64,000 nt of DNA from an uncultured Acidimicrobiia bacterium (GCA_963786955.1 CAWBAT010000008.1:384001-448000), one strand, 5' to 3'. Numbered from the stretch's first letter, positions 52,462-62,854 are shown. Notes: generated from the letters alone by a model not told the origin. Program-made: numbers and translations.

Positions 52462-54258
52462 ATGCCTTTCAACTTATCTGTGAACACAAGTCGGGGATTG
52501 ATCGCTGTTTTTATTCTCATGGCGGCACTATTCGCTCCTCTACAAGCTCTTGAAGCTCAATCGGGGTTTTCGGTTCCTGCTGCAGTTTGGGGTGTTTCGC
52601 CAGCCTTTGAAAGGTCGTCGTTTCAAGTTGCAAACACCGGGTCTAACGTCTATGTGGTTTGGTCAGAGAAGGCCGCTATCAACCCAACTCCGGGCCCCGG
52701 GATTTATTTCGCTCGATCAATAGACGGAGGGCGGAACTTTCAACCGCCCGTGAACTTGACCAGTTCTGAAGATACTCCGCAGATTGCCGCAAGTGGTAAC
52801 GATGTTTATGTGATGTACTCAGGGGTCAGTGGAGATATCCTTTTAATCTCGACGGATGGGGGACAGAATTTTGGGAGTCCGCAAAATCTCACGATTGCCA
52901 GCGGGATTCAAACTCTTGGATCGGGTTCGATTGCAGTTTCTGGTTCGAATATGTTTATCAGTTGGCAGAAAACGGATTCGACTTTGACGGGTGGATTTGC
53001 CGACACGTTTGTGTCGCACTCCTTTGACAAAGGATCGACTTTTTCGACTCCGATCAATGTTTCAACCTCGCCGGCGACAGGCTCTAGTCGCTCTCGTATC
53101 GCAGCAAGTGGATCTAATGTCTATGTTGCCTGGGTTGAAGGAACATCAACCGGGAGCGACATCCACTTCACGCGCTCCACCGACAGCGGCGTCAGTTTCG
53201 AGACAATGAAGAACCTGTCCAATAACGACGGCACATCGGCTAATGTGGCGCTGGATGCAGATGGAACAAATGTTTGGGTTGCATGGAATGACCGATTGTC
53301 CCCGGCCGCAGATGAAATTTTATTTACGCGTTCTACCGATAGCGGCACAAACTTCGGGGGGGTTCGGGATCTCTCAAATAATACATCCCCCTCGAGCGCT
53401 CCGGCCGTGAAAGGAAAGGGCACCCGGTTCTACTTGGCTTGGGGTGATGGAGCTTCGGACTATCCAACGAACACCGCCGAAGAAGTCTATCTACTGAGCT
53501 CAAATAACTCGGGAACTGATTTTGATACCGCCCAAAATATTTCTCTAAGCACGAGTGTTCGGTCTCGGACTCCAAAACTGGGCCTCAGCGATACAGCGGT
53601 CTCCGTTTTCTGGCTGGAAGGCTCTTTCCGCGATGTTTACTATTCCTACTTGGAGGTAGCGGCGCCCATTCCTCCACCGACGCTCTTGAGTATTGCTCCT
53701 GGGTCTGCCCAACAGGACCAGACGATTGATATGATCCTCACAGGGAGTGACTTCAAGGAGGGTGCCACGCTTCAGTTCGGCGGCGATGGAATCACGGTGA
53801 ATGCTGTCGACTTTCACGCAGCGAACGAGCTCGCCGCGAACGTTTCTGTAGCCCTGAGCGCCAAAACGGGCCCTCGCGATGTGTCGGTGATTAACCCTGA
53901 TAAGAAGTCTTCAACCTTGCCCGGCGGATTCTTGGTTGTCTCGGCTTCTGCGCTAAACTTGATTGAGATCGCTCGAGTGGATACGGAATACGGGGCCAAG
54001 AGAGGCGGGCTCCTTGGAGGGAACAGCAGTTATAATAGCTTGCTCGTTCATTTAAGAAATGCTGAAACGGCCCTCCTGCGCCAGCCCCCCGATACTTTGC
54101 AGGCCATCGATCAGATGGAAGCTTTTTACATCAAGATAAGAAACATGCGGAAGGCCAAGAAACCAGAGATTATGGATTCTTTATATATGACTCTCTACAA
54201 TGACTATCTGCTCATTATGAATAGTCTTGGAGGAAACCCCAAGCCGGCTGCGTTCTGA
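52462..54258 (+). CDS. Secreted Asp-box (BNR) beta-propeller protein with Ig-like (IPT/TIG-like) and small helical C-terminal domains
   Basis: Signal peptide; six SxDxGxxF-type boxes (SIDGGRNF, STDGGQNF, SFDKGSTF, STDSGVSF, STDSGTNF, SNNSGTDF); Ig-like PTLLSIAP...VINPD. Confidence 0.8.
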   Translation: MPFNLSVNTSRGLIAVFILMAALFAPLQALEAQSGFSVPAAVWGVSPAFERSSFQVANTGSNVYVVWSEKAAINPTPGPGIYFARSIDGGRNFQPPVNLTSSEDTPQIAASGNDVYVMYSGVSGDILLISTDGGQNFGSPQNLTIASGIQTLGSGSIAVSGSNMFISWQKTDSTLTGGFADTFVSHSFDKGSTFSTPINVSTSPATGSSRSRIAASGSNVYVAWVEGTSTGSDIHFTRSTDSGVSFETMKNLSNNDGTSANVALDADGTNVWVAWNDRLSPAADEILFTRSTDSGTNFGGVRDLSNNTSPSSAPAVKGKGTRFYLAWGDGASDYPTNTAEEVYLLSSNNSGTDFDTAQNISLSTSVRSRTPKLGLSDTAVSVFWLEGSFRDVYYSYLEVAAPIPPPTLLSIAPGSAQQDQTIDMILTGSDFKEGATLQFGGDGITVNAVDFHAANELAANVSVALSAKTGPRDVSVINPDKKSSTLPGGFLVVSASALNLIEIARVDTEYGAKRGGLLGGNSSYNSLLVHLRNAETALLRQPPDTLQAIDQMEAFYIKIRNMRKAKKPEIMDSLYMTLYNDYLLIMNSLGGNPKPAAF

Positions 54259-54313
54259 ACCATCGTCGATTTTGACCTCCACAGTAACTGAGAGGAAGGT
54301 TAGTGTTAGAGAA

Positions 54314-54424
54314 TATTTGTTATTTGCGATTTTCGATCTGCTATTGATTGTTTCTACTTCGTGGGCTGGACTTTGGTTTGTAGTCAATAAGAAATGAGAA
54401 ATAGCCAATCAGCAATGACAAATA
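54314..54424. repeat. Heptamer-based inverted repeat (TATTTGY units / RCAAATA-like units)
   Basis: Left arm TATTTGT-TATTTGC-GATTTTC-GATCTGC-TATTGA; right arm TCAATAA-GAAATGA-GAAATAG-CCAATCA-GCAATGA-CAAATA. Confidence 0.7.
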
Positions 54425-54491
54425 CCTTCCTCTTAATATTTCGTCCCTCAGTTGTTTAACCTGCCCGACAACAGAATGTCGCTGGCTGCCT

Positions 54492-54520
54492 TTGACCCTC
54501 CGGTTTCCTGGTGCTATAGT
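54492..54520 (+). promoter_or_regulatory. Sigma-70 promoter (extended -10) for the ABC exporter
   Basis: TTGACC-N17-TATAGT with a TGn extension, 11 bp before ATG 54532. Confidence 0.6.
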
Positions 54521-54531
54521 CATGCCCGTCT

Positions 54532-55431
54532 ATGCACAATGGAAATGCCTCCATCATCCTCCATTCGATTTACAAATCCTTCGGGTCCTTAGCCGCTGTC
54601 CACGACGTTTCTTTTTCGGTTGAACCGGGGGAAATCTTCGGGCTGCTGGGTCCAAACGGAGCAGGGAAGACAACCCTTCTTCGCCTCATGATGGATATTA
54701 TCCGTCCTGACGAAGGCTTTATCGAGATCTTCGGAGGGAAACTCGGAGAAGATGACAAGAACCGAATAGGATACCTTCCCGAGGAAAGGGGTTTGTATAC
54801 CCGGCAAAAAGTTCTGGGGGTTCTCAAGTACCTCGTCCAATTGAAGGGGTTGACGGAACGTCAGGCCAAAGCCAACGTCTTGCATTGGTTGGCGCGGATG
54901 GAAATGAGTGATGTGCGGGATCGTAAAATCCAGGAACTTTCCAAAGGCAATCAACAGAAAATTCAATTCATCGCGACGGTAGCTTCTGATCCCGCTGTTC
55001 TGGTCCTGGACGAACCCTTCTCAGGGCTTGATCCTGTCAATGCCAGGGTGATGCTGGAAACCATTCGAGAACTCGCGGTAGCCGGCAAGACCATCGTCCT
55101 TTCCACCCACCAGATGGGTCTCGTTGAATCTCTGTGCCGGAGAATCTTCATGATCCATTCTGGTCGCCAGGTACTCTATGGCAACCTGGAGGAAGTGCAG
55201 CAGCGTCATTCCGACAACTCCTTTTTAGTCCGGTCGGACGCAGACTACAGCCGTTGTTCGTGTATCTTGAAAGCTTCGCCGGATGGTCGTGGGACACGAA
55301 TTATTTTAAACTCAGGGGCTACCGGAAGGGACCTTCTTTCCTGGTTGGTGGAGTCAGGGGCTCAGGTGGACACCTTTGAAAAGGCCGTTACTCCGCTGGA
55401 AGATATTTTTGTGAGGCTAGCAAAAAAATAA
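54532..55431 (+). CDS. ABC-2 exporter ATP-binding protein (NatA/YhaQ-like)
   Basis: GPNGAGKT, LSKGNQQK, LDEPFSGLD and STH. Confidence 0.95.
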   Translation: MHNGNASIILHSIYKSFGSLAAVHDVSFSVEPGEIFGLLGPNGAGKTTLLRLMMDIIRPDEGFIEIFGGKLGEDDKNRIGYLPEERGLYTRQKVLGVLKYLVQLKGLTERQAKANVLHWLARMEMSDVRDRKIQELSKGNQQKIQFIATVASDPAVLVLDEPFSGLDPVNARVMLETIRELAVAGKTIVLSTHQMGLVESLCRRIFMIHSGRQVLYGNLEEVQQRHSDNSFLVRSDADYSRCSCILKASPDGRGTRIILNSGATGRDLLSWLVESGAQVDTFEKAVTPLEDIFVRLAKK

Positions 55432-55539
55432 TAGGGTCGCTCGCTCGGGTGGAGTGATAGGGGCAAGCCTTTGAGATCGATTTCCGGTTGAGACGATTCC
55501 TATCCGGCAACTCCGAGAATCCTCTTCCTCAAGGTTTCG

Positions 55540-56817
55540 ATGAGTAAAACCTGGATTATTGCCAAACACGAGTTCATTGTGACTGTCAGCCGCAAAGGTT
55601 ACCTTTTGGTGCTGTTCGGTATGCCTTTGCTCTTTGGCGGAATTATTGGCGTGAGCCTGGTGAGTCAGGAATCGTTGGAGAACGCCGTCTCCAATTCCGC
55701 CCCTACAGGAGTGATCGATCAGTCGGGTCTCATCGATTTCAGCCTCGGGAGTGGCTTAGATACAGAGGCGGCCAAGAATGCTCCAGACCCCAATCTGCTG
55801 GCAAAGCCACTTCGGGGGAAAAATTCCAGAATCATCTCCTATGCCGAACCAGATGAAGCATTGCGTGATCTCAAGAATGGACGCCTATCAGTCGTTTATC
55901 TGATGGAAAAGGACTATCTCGAGACAGGAAAGATTGCTTGTTATGTAGCGGAAAAAGGGATTTTCTCAGACCTGACCCCCATAGATCGCGGGCGCCTCTA
56001 CACCCTCATCCGAGCCAGCTTAATCAAGAACCAAATGGACTCTCAGATTGCCAGGAGAGTCCTAGCCCCGGGAATGATTCGGCAAGTGAAGGTGTCCAAG
56101 AATGGGCTTGAAAAAGCTTCCAATGAGTCATTCAAGGAAATGGCTGAATTCTTTGGACCCTTCAGCATGTTTCTTCTCTTAACCATGTCTATTTTTTTCT
56201 CCTCCGGATACCTGTTACAAGGTATCGCGGAAGAGAAGCAGAATCGTGTGATCGAGGTAATCTTATCTTCCGTTCGCCCCACCGAGTTGCTGGTTGGCAA
56301 GATTATGGGTCTGGGTGCGGCAGGCCTACTGCAGGTCTTTTTCTATGTGGGCTTGTTGTTTCTTCCAGCCATTACAGTCTTTGCCCTCTTTCACGTGAGC
56401 GTGACCAACCTACTTCTCTCGGTGGTTTACTTTCTTTTGGGTTACCTGCTATTTGCCGGTCTAATGGCTGGGACAGGTATCCTGGGAAATTCTCCGCAAG
56501 AAAGTGCTCAGCTCTCTGCCATCTGGACATTGGCCAGCGTGATTCCGATGTTCCTGCTCGCACCAATCAGTGAATCTCCGAATTCATGGCTGGCACGAGG
56601 ACTGTCTTTTTTCCCCCTTACGGCTCCTGTCACCATGCTGTTACGTGTCAGTGCCGCTGAGGTGCCCACGTTGGATATTGTCATTTCGATCGGGGTCTTA
56701 ATCCTCGGAATTGCTGCAGCCATCCGGGGATCGGCAAAGATTTTCCGGGCGGCAGCACTCATGTACGGAAAACGTCCGTCGCTCGGAGAAATCATACGGT
56801 GGCTCAGAGAAGCCTGA
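55540..56817 (+). CDS. ABC-2 exporter permease (NatB/YhaP-like)
   Basis: IAKHEF N-terminal TM, EEKQNRVIEVILSS and six TM helices. Confidence 0.93.
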   Translation: MSKTWIIAKHEFIVTVSRKGYLLVLFGMPLLFGGIIGVSLVSQESLENAVSNSAPTGVIDQSGLIDFSLGSGLDTEAAKNAPDPNLLAKPLRGKNSRIISYAEPDEALRDLKNGRLSVVYLMEKDYLETGKIACYVAEKGIFSDLTPIDRGRLYTLIRASLIKNQMDSQIARRVLAPGMIRQVKVSKNGLEKASNESFKEMAEFFGPFSMFLLLTMSIFFSSGYLLQGIAEEKQNRVIEVILSSVRPTELLVGKIMGLGAAGLLQVFFYVGLLFLPAITVFALFHVSVTNLLLSVVYFLLGYLLFAGLMAGTGILGNSPQESAQLSAIWTLASVIPMFLLAPISESPNSWLARGLSFFPLTAPVTMLLRVSAAEVPTLDIVISIGVLILGIAAAIRGSAKIFRAAALMYGKRPSLGEIIRWLREA

Positions 56818-56830
56818 TGGGAACGCAGGG

Positions 56831-56928
56831 ATTTACTGGCTATTGGTTATTTCCTATTTGCGATTTGTTATCGAGAGAAAGGCGGTGTCCAATAGCAAAT
56901 AAGAAATAAACGATAGCCAATATCAAAT
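56831..56928. repeat. Second copy of the TATTTGY heptamer inverted repeat
   Basis: TATTGGT-TATTTCC-TATTTGC-GATTTGT versus CAATAGC-AAATAAG-AAATAAA-CGATAGC-CAATATC. Confidence 0.7.
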
Positions 56929-56964
56929 TGCTTTCGACGCAAGATCCCAATCGGAGGGGGTTAG

Positions 56965-57682
56965 ATGAATTCTGCGGAAAGAGTATTTCGAGGATTCTCG
57001 ATGGAGGCGCTGGATTTCCTTCGCAGGCTGAAGCGAAACAATCGCCGGCCGTGGTTTCAAAAAAATAAACCAATCTATGACGAAAAAGTCAGGCAACCCA
57101 TGGTTGAACTGGTCCAGGCCCTGAACCATGAGTTGCTAGGCATTGCCCCGGAAATGGTGACCGAACCGCGGAGAGCCATTTATCGAATTTATCGTGACGT
57201 TCGGTTCAGTCCCGATAAGTCTCCTTACAAAACACACATTGCTGCCTTATTCACCCCGCGAAACCTTCCCAAGCATGCTGGCGGCGGGTTTTACATCCAT
57301 CTCTCTCCGGATGAACTTTTAGTGGCGGGGGGAGTCTACATGCCGGGCCCCAAAGAACTCTGGGAAATTCGGAACCACATTGCGCAGAATGCCGCGACTT
57401 TAAGGAGGATTGTAGCCGAACGCCGGTTTAAAGAATATTTTGGCTCTCTGGAAGGCGACCAGTTAACCAGGGTTCCAAAAGGATTTCCCTGCGACTCATC
57501 CAGCCGCGGATCTTCTCCGACATAAACAATTCTTAGTGAGCGTCACCCATTCACCAGAACAGGGTTTGGATCCAGGACTGTTAGGGTTCTTAATCCGATA
57601 TTTCCGGGCGATGACCCCCTTGATCCGATTTTTAAATAAACCCCTGATGGGTGCTCTGAAGCGAGATCCGTTCGAGTTTTGA
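56965..57682 (+). CDS. DUF2461 / TIGR02453 family protein (frameshift near 57490)
   Basis: FLRRLKRNNRRPWF, YRIYRDVRFSPDKSPYK and GGFYIH. Confidence 0.9.
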
Positions 57683-57726
57683 AAAGCAATTTTTTTGAGG
57701 TGAAAGTTTTGCCCGCGAAGCAAGTC

Positions 57727-57835
57727 AGCCCCGTCGGGGCGACCTATCTATAGATTGGCATCCGCATCTACCGACGAAAAATCTCCCTCTCCCCAACGCG
57801 GGAGAGGGATGTCCGTTAGGACCGGGTGAGGGGGA
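57727..57835. repeat. REP-like palindromes between convergent DUF2461 and purA
   Basis: GCCCCGTCGGGGC and CCCTCTCCC-N-GGGAGAGGG...GGGTGAGGG; a related CCCCTCGCCCC...GGGGAGAGGGG lies at 62442-62468. Confidence 0.7.
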
Positions 57836-57961
57836 CCTCCCCCGTTGTTTTGTTTCAAATTCTAAACGCTTCCTTGTATAGAGAGAGGAATTGGAAAAAA
57901 TACCGAGGAATTGCTCAGACTAGTACATTCCCCGCAGCCCACGCCGGCTATCCGCTTCCAA

Positions 57962-59266
57962 TCAGGACGTCAAGGCGTGTTCAAACCAGGAGTTGGAGAG
58001 GATGATCGTGTCATCACGATCGGGACCCGTGGAAACGAAAGAGAATTCCGTTTCAGTGATTTCAGAAAGGATTTTCAGATAGTCTTTTGCTTTTTCAGGA
58101 AGAGCCTCGAAGTCGCGAATTCCGGCGGTCTGACACTGCCAACCTGGAACAGTTTTGTATACGGGCCTGATGGATTCCAATCGCTTAATGTCCGCCGGGA
58201 ATTCCTTCAGCTTCGAACCTTTGTACTCGTAATCAGTGCACACTGGAATCTCGTTAAACTCGTCCAATACATCGAGCTTGGTGAGGGCAATGGCCTGCAG
58301 ATTATTAATCACGGCTGAATAGTGTGTGGCAGGTCCGTCAAACCAGCCACAACGCCGCGGGCGGCCAGTAGAGGCTCCAAACTCGCCGCCGCGCTGCCGA
58401 ATTGTTTCTCCCAATGGACCCTCAATCTCCGTCGGGAAGGGGCCTCCGCCTACGCGAGTCGTATACGCTTTGGCGATACCCATCGCGGCGTGAATCAAGG
58501 AAGGAGCTACCCCCGTTCCAACACAGGCCCCGCCTGCACAGGCGCTGGAAGAAGTCACATAAGGATAGGTGCCATGGTCGACATCCAGCAGCGTCCCTTG
58601 AGCCCCTTCGAAGAGGATGCTGCGGCCGGCACGAATTTGGCTATTTAGGTAAAATGCTACGTCAACCACAAATTCCTGTAACTGGGATCCATATTCCAGG
58701 TATTGCTCGTAAATCTCCTGGGGATCGAGGGCCTGGCCACCATAGAGCTTTTGGATGAGACAGTTTTTTTCGCGCGCCACCGAGAAGATGATCTCTTTGA
58801 GGGCCTCGGGATTAAACAAGTCGGTGACTCGAACGCCACGACGTCCGGCCTTGTCTTCGTAGGCAGGGCCAATTCCTCGCGAAGTGGTCCCAATTTTCTT
58901 CTCGCCGCGTGCCGTTTCTGCGGCCTGTTCGATTGCCATATGATAAGGAAGGATCAGATGGGCTCGGTCGCTGATGAACAGGTTGCCGCGGACTTGCACC
59001 CCGGCTTCCTCGAGGGTCCGGATCTCCTCCAGCAGGGCTTTAGGATAAAGGACCATCCCTGCTCCCATGACGCAGGTTTTTTTCCGATGCAATATTCCCG
59101 ATGGAATAAGATGAAGAACATACTTCTTTCCCTGAGTGATTACCGTGTGGCCGGCATTGTGGCCGCCCTGAAACCGGGCCACGATGTCAAAGCGCTCAGT
59201 CAATAAATCGACAATCTTCCCTTTTCCTTCATCGCCCCATTGGGCGCCAAGTACCACCAGATTCAT
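57962..59266 (-). CDS. purA: Adenylosuccinate synthetase
   Basis: GAQWGDEGKGK, GGHNAGHT, EGAQG and TGRPRRCGW. Confidence 0.98.
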   Translation of the reverse strand: MNLVVLGAQWGDEGKGKIVDLLTERFDIVARFQGGHNAGHTVITQGKKYVLHLIPSGILHRKKTCVMGAGMVLYPKALLEEIRTLEEAGVQVRGNLFISDRAHLILPYHMAIEQAAETARGEKKIGTTSRGIGPAYEDKAGRRGVRVTDLFNPEALKEIIFSVAREKNCLIQKLYGGQALDPQEIYEQYLEYGSQLQEFVVDVAFYLNSQIRAGRSILFEGAQGTLLDVDHGTYPYVTSSSACAGGACVGTGVAPSLIHAAMGIAKAYTTRVGGGPFPTEIEGPLGETIRQRGGEFGASTGRPRRCGWFDGPATHYSAVINNLQAIALTKLDVLDEFNEIPVCTDYEYKGSKLKEFPADIKRLESIRPVYKTVPGWQCQTAGIRDFEALPEKAKDYLKILSEITETEFSFVSTGPDRDDTIILSNSWFEHALTS

Positions 59267-59346
59267 GAGAAGTCCATTCGATTGAGGATGAAAACGACCA
59301 CTGAAATAAATGAGAAAATCATTCAGACGGGGTCCGCAGCGACAAA

Positions 59347-59673
59347 TTACAAATGTTTATCGATGACTTTGGCGATATTCTCGCGTGTATTAGTGCCCAC
59401 AATCTGATCTTTTACTGCCCCGTCCCTAAAGAGGAGCAGAGTGGGGATTCCTTTTATGTTGTAGCGCGACGGGACGGCAATATTTTGATCGACGTTGATC
59501 TTGACGACCTTTGCGCGTCCAAGATAATCCTTGGCCACAGCTTCCAGCGTGGGGGCTATCGCCTTGCAGGGGCCGCACCATTCGGCCCAGAAGTCGACGA
59601 GCACGGGAATTCTTGATTTGAGGACCTCTACTTCAAAACTCACGTCTGTGACGTCACCAATATTAATAGACAT
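59347..59673 (-). CDS. trxA: Thioredoxin
   Basis: WCGPC motif. Confidence 0.96.
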   Translation of the reverse strand: MSINIGDVTDVSFEVEVLKSRIPVLVDFWAEWCGPCKAIAPTLEAVAKDYLGRAKVVKINVDQNIAVPSRYNIKGIPTLLLFRDGAVKDQIVGTNTRENIAKVIDKHL

Positions 59674-59795
59674 GGATATACTCCTGGGAGGGTAAAATCA
59701 ATGAATGGGGATGAATATTGCCTAGAATTATGTTTCCAATCCCATCGATATTGCTTCTCCGCTAACGCTTAGTTGTAAAAATTCACGGTAATTGC

Positions 59796-59852
59796 TGTAG
59801 CCGGGGTCGTTGACCCCGGCTTGTGATACCGGGACCAGCGGTCCCGGCTACA
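59796..59852. repeat. GTAG-type REP doublet
   Basis: TGTAGCCGGGGTCGTTGACCCCGGC...CCGGGACCAGCGGTCCCGGCTACA. Confidence 0.8.
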
Positions 59853-59874
59853 ACAAGACTACTGCAATTTCGTA

Positions 59875-61308
59875 CTAGCGCGGCAAGAGCGATTTGTACA
59901 GTTCCACATACTTACGGGCCGACTGATGCCAAGAGTAGTCTTTGCTCATGCCATTCTTCATCAATTGGAGCCATCTTTGCGGCGTCGAATAAACCGCGAA
60001 GGCCCGCCGCACCGTGCGCAACAATTCCGCGGGGGTCGTACTGGAAAACTTAAATCCGGTCGGCTCGGGCGACTGATCAAAATCGCCGATGGTGTCGTCG
60101 AGTCCACCCGTGGCTCTGACCAATGGCACTGTCCCGTACCGTAGGGAATAGATCTGATTCAATCCGCATGGCTCATAACGGGAAGGCATCAGGAACGTGT
60201 CTGCCCCTGCTTCGATCTTATGAGCAAGCGCCTCATCATACATGATCTTGACCCCGACGTAATCAGGATATCTCTCCTGCAACTTCAGAAAATAATTGGC
60301 ATACTTTTCTTCACCCGTTCCAATGGCAACCAATGACCATCCATCCTCGATAATGCTCTCTCCCACGTTGAGAAGCAGGTCAAAACCTTTTTGATAGGCC
60401 AGCCTGGAAACGATTCCGATGACCGGGCGACGAATGGACTCGGGGATCCCGAATACGCTCAGTAGGTCCTTTTTGCAGATTTCTTTGCCGGCCAGGTTTT
60501 CTATCGAATAATTGGCAGCCAGATAGGGATCCGTTTCAGGATTCCATTGTGAATAGTCCACTCCGTTCAAGATGCCGGTAAGAGCCGATGCTCTCTTCCG
60601 CAGAACGCCTTCGAGACCATGCCCAAAATGGGGGGTCAAAATCTCTTCGCTATAACGACGGCTGACTGTCGAGAGTTTGTCGGCAAACAGGATGCCTCCT
60701 TTGAGGAGACAAATGTTGCCAAAAAACTCAAGTCCTTCAGGATTATACAGAGTTTGAGGTAGCGAAATTCTGCTCATGGCAGTCCGCGGGAAAACCCCTT
60801 GATACGCCATATTGTGAATTGTCAGTAAAGTTCTGGTCTTTTGGAAAAAAAGGTCATCTTCGTAAAGGGTCTTTAAATAAACAGGGACCAGGGCCGTTTG
60901 CCAATCATTACAATGGATCACGTCAGGTGCCAGGGAAGCGCGTTTCGCAAACTCTAATGAAGCCAGTGACAAGAAGGCAAAACGTTCGGCGTTGTCCGGA
61001 TAATCCTGATGATTGGTGAGGTAGAGATCTTCTCGATTATAGTATTCACCGTAATCGACAAAAAAATAGCGCACCCCTTCGATAGGATCCGATTCCTGGA
61101 TGGAACAAAACCGATGCACTCCTCCAAGGGAAACAGTAAGGCTAGGTACTAAAATCTTCTTGGTCTGAATGCCGCGGTAACGAGGCATGATCACGGCGGT
61201 TTCATGGCCCAACTGCCGGACGTATTTTGGAAGTGCTCCCATGACGTCAGCCAGTCCTCCGGTTTTAGCAAACGGGACTGCCTCTGACGCGATATACAGA
61301 ATTCTCAA
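59875..61308 (-). CDS. glgA: Glycogen synthase (TTG start)
   Basis: KTGGLADV, HCNDWQ, TIHN, GILNG, SRLAYQKG and PSRYEPCGLNQ. Confidence 0.97.
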   Translation of the reverse strand: MRILYIASEAVPFAKTGGLADVMGALPKYVRQLGHETAVIMPRYRGIQTKKILVPSLTVSLGGVHRFCSIQESDPIEGVRYFFVDYGEYYNREDLYLTNHQDYPDNAERFAFLSLASLEFAKRASLAPDVIHCNDWQTALVPVYLKTLYEDDLFFQKTRTLLTIHNMAYQGVFPRTAMSRISLPQTLYNPEGLEFFGNICLLKGGILFADKLSTVSRRYSEEILTPHFGHGLEGVLRKRASALTGILNGVDYSQWNPETDPYLAANYSIENLAGKEICKKDLLSVFGIPESIRRPVIGIVSRLAYQKGFDLLLNVGESIIEDGWSLVAIGTGEEKYANYFLKLQERYPDYVGVKIMYDEALAHKIEAGADTFLMPSRYEPCGLNQIYSLRYGTVPLVRATGGLDDTIGDFDQSPEPTGFKFSSTTPAELLRTVRRAFAVYSTPQRWLQLMKNGMSKDYSWHQSARKYVELYKSLLPR

Positions 61309-61403
61309 GTTGCTTGCCTCATACGACTCAGATCTAACAAAGCCAGCCGGTTAAGTTAACGAAATTGATTTAGGGATGCAACAAAAAGAGAGATACTTTA
61401 CAA

Positions 61404-62213
61404 GTGATTGCAAAAAAAAAGCTTGGCCAGAACTTTCTCCGCGACCGGGAAATCATTCGAAAGATTGTCGCAAGTCTGAAACTGACCCAAGAGGACGTGC
61501 TCTTAGAAATCGGGTGCGGCAGAGGCGCGCTCACCCAACATCTGGTTGGAGCCACGCGCCATTTTATCGGAATCGAACTGGATTCTAAACTTTGCTCAGA
61601 ATTAGATGCCAGGTATCGCAGTCCTTCGGCTCAATTTCTGAACCAGGATATTCTAACTGTTCATCTCCCAGCCCTCCTCCCGACCTTATCCATCGAGCGA
61701 GCGCCTATCAAGGTTGTCGGTAACATCCCCTACTACATTTCATCCTTCCTGGTTCAATGGCTCACCACGCAAGTCGAGTCTTTGGATTCGGCTACGATCA
61801 TGTTCCAAAAGGAGGTGGCGGAACGGCTTTCGGCCGAACCGCGGACAAAAGAATACGGCCTTTTGACACTTCTCGGTCAGTATTATTTTCAGGTGTCTCC
61901 GTTGTTCTTGGTGGGGCGAAAAGCATTTTGGCCCGAACCAAAGGTAGACTCCCAAGTCATCCGATTTGATCCATTGTCAAAAAGAATTCTAACAAAAGAA
62001 AAGGAGGCGGTCTTTTTCTCTTTTCTCAAGAGCTGTTTTTCTCAGCGGCGGAAGATTTTGGTCAATTGCTTGAAATCTTCTCCGTTTTCTGCCAGTGCAC
62101 TGGAGGTCGCAATGAAGAACTTGGGATTCATGCGGGAAACCAGAGCGGAAGAGCTATCCCTCAAAGAATTATGCAGCCTCTTTCTAGAATTAGAATGCAA
62201 AAATCCTAATTAG
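61404..62213 (+). CDS. rsmA: 16S rRNA m6(2)A1518/1519 dimethyltransferase
   Basis: KKLGQNFL, EIGCGRG, GNIPY, QKEVAER and PKVDS. Confidence 0.96.
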   Translation: MIAKKKLGQNFLRDREIIRKIVASLKLTQEDVLLEIGCGRGALTQHLVGATRHFIGIELDSKLCSELDARYRSPSAQFLNQDILTVHLPALLPTLSIERAPIKVVGNIPYYISSFLVQWLTTQVESLDSATIMFQKEVAERLSAEPRTKEYGLLTLLGQYYFQVSPLFLVGRKAFWPEPKVDSQVIRFDPLSKRILTKEKEAVFFSFLKSCFSQRRKILVNCLKSSPFSASALEVAMKNLGFMRETRAEELSLKELCSLFLELECKNPN

Positions 62214-62258
62214 ACATTCGGTTTCATACTGTTACCCCATAGGGGTTGCCGTGAGAGT

Positions 62259-62573
62259 TGTAGCCCGGATTTCTCACGACCGGGGGAAAACAGACACAGT
62301 AGAGTAGCGAAACTATTTGAATTCAAATCTCCTTGGCAACGGGGGGAACGCTGCGGCGAGCGCTCCCTACAAACAGTTCGACAATTTCTTTTCACCTTCC
62401 CTCTCCCTTGGAAAGAGGAACCCAATCATGAATTATCGGCTCCCCTCGCCCCAATGCGGGAGAGGGGAGGTGTGAAAAGATTCCGCCGGGTCGGGTGACC
62501 CGGCCTACAACATAATGGTAAGCCCTTTGAAATCATTGTAGGCTTCAGGCTTTCTCAAAGCCTGAACCTCACG
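62259..62573. repeat. Cluster of several REP-like palindromes between rsmA and rnj
   Basis: TGTAGCCCGG..., ...GCGCTCCCTACA, CCCCTCGCCCC..GGGGAGAGGGG, GCCGGGTCGGGTGACCCGGCCTACA and TGTAGGCTTCAGGCTTT..AAAGCCTGAA. Confidence 0.72.
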
Positions 62574-62854
62574 CGGCGTTTTCCAATTCTTTCACATCTT
62601 CAGGGGACCGGGGGTGCGGAAAAATAGGGCGCTGGTGGTGAAAAATCCCGACTAGTGTTATGCACTCCGGCTTGATAGTGAAGTGCGAAAGATAGCCAAA
62701 GCCATCCTGAGGAACGATCGCGGCTGCTTTCCGGATGTTTCGGTGCCTTTCGAACGGCCATGAAGTCCGTCCGATTCGGCCATAGACATTCCTTCAAATG
62801 GCCGAATGTGTTAGACTTCGGGGGATTTGAAATTGAAAAGGCAAAGGTCTGCAA

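Noticed and set aside
36600-61000. Numerous antisense and alternate-frame ORFs in the supplied track
   Set aside because: They are shadow ORFs overlapping well-supported genes in GC-rich sequence.
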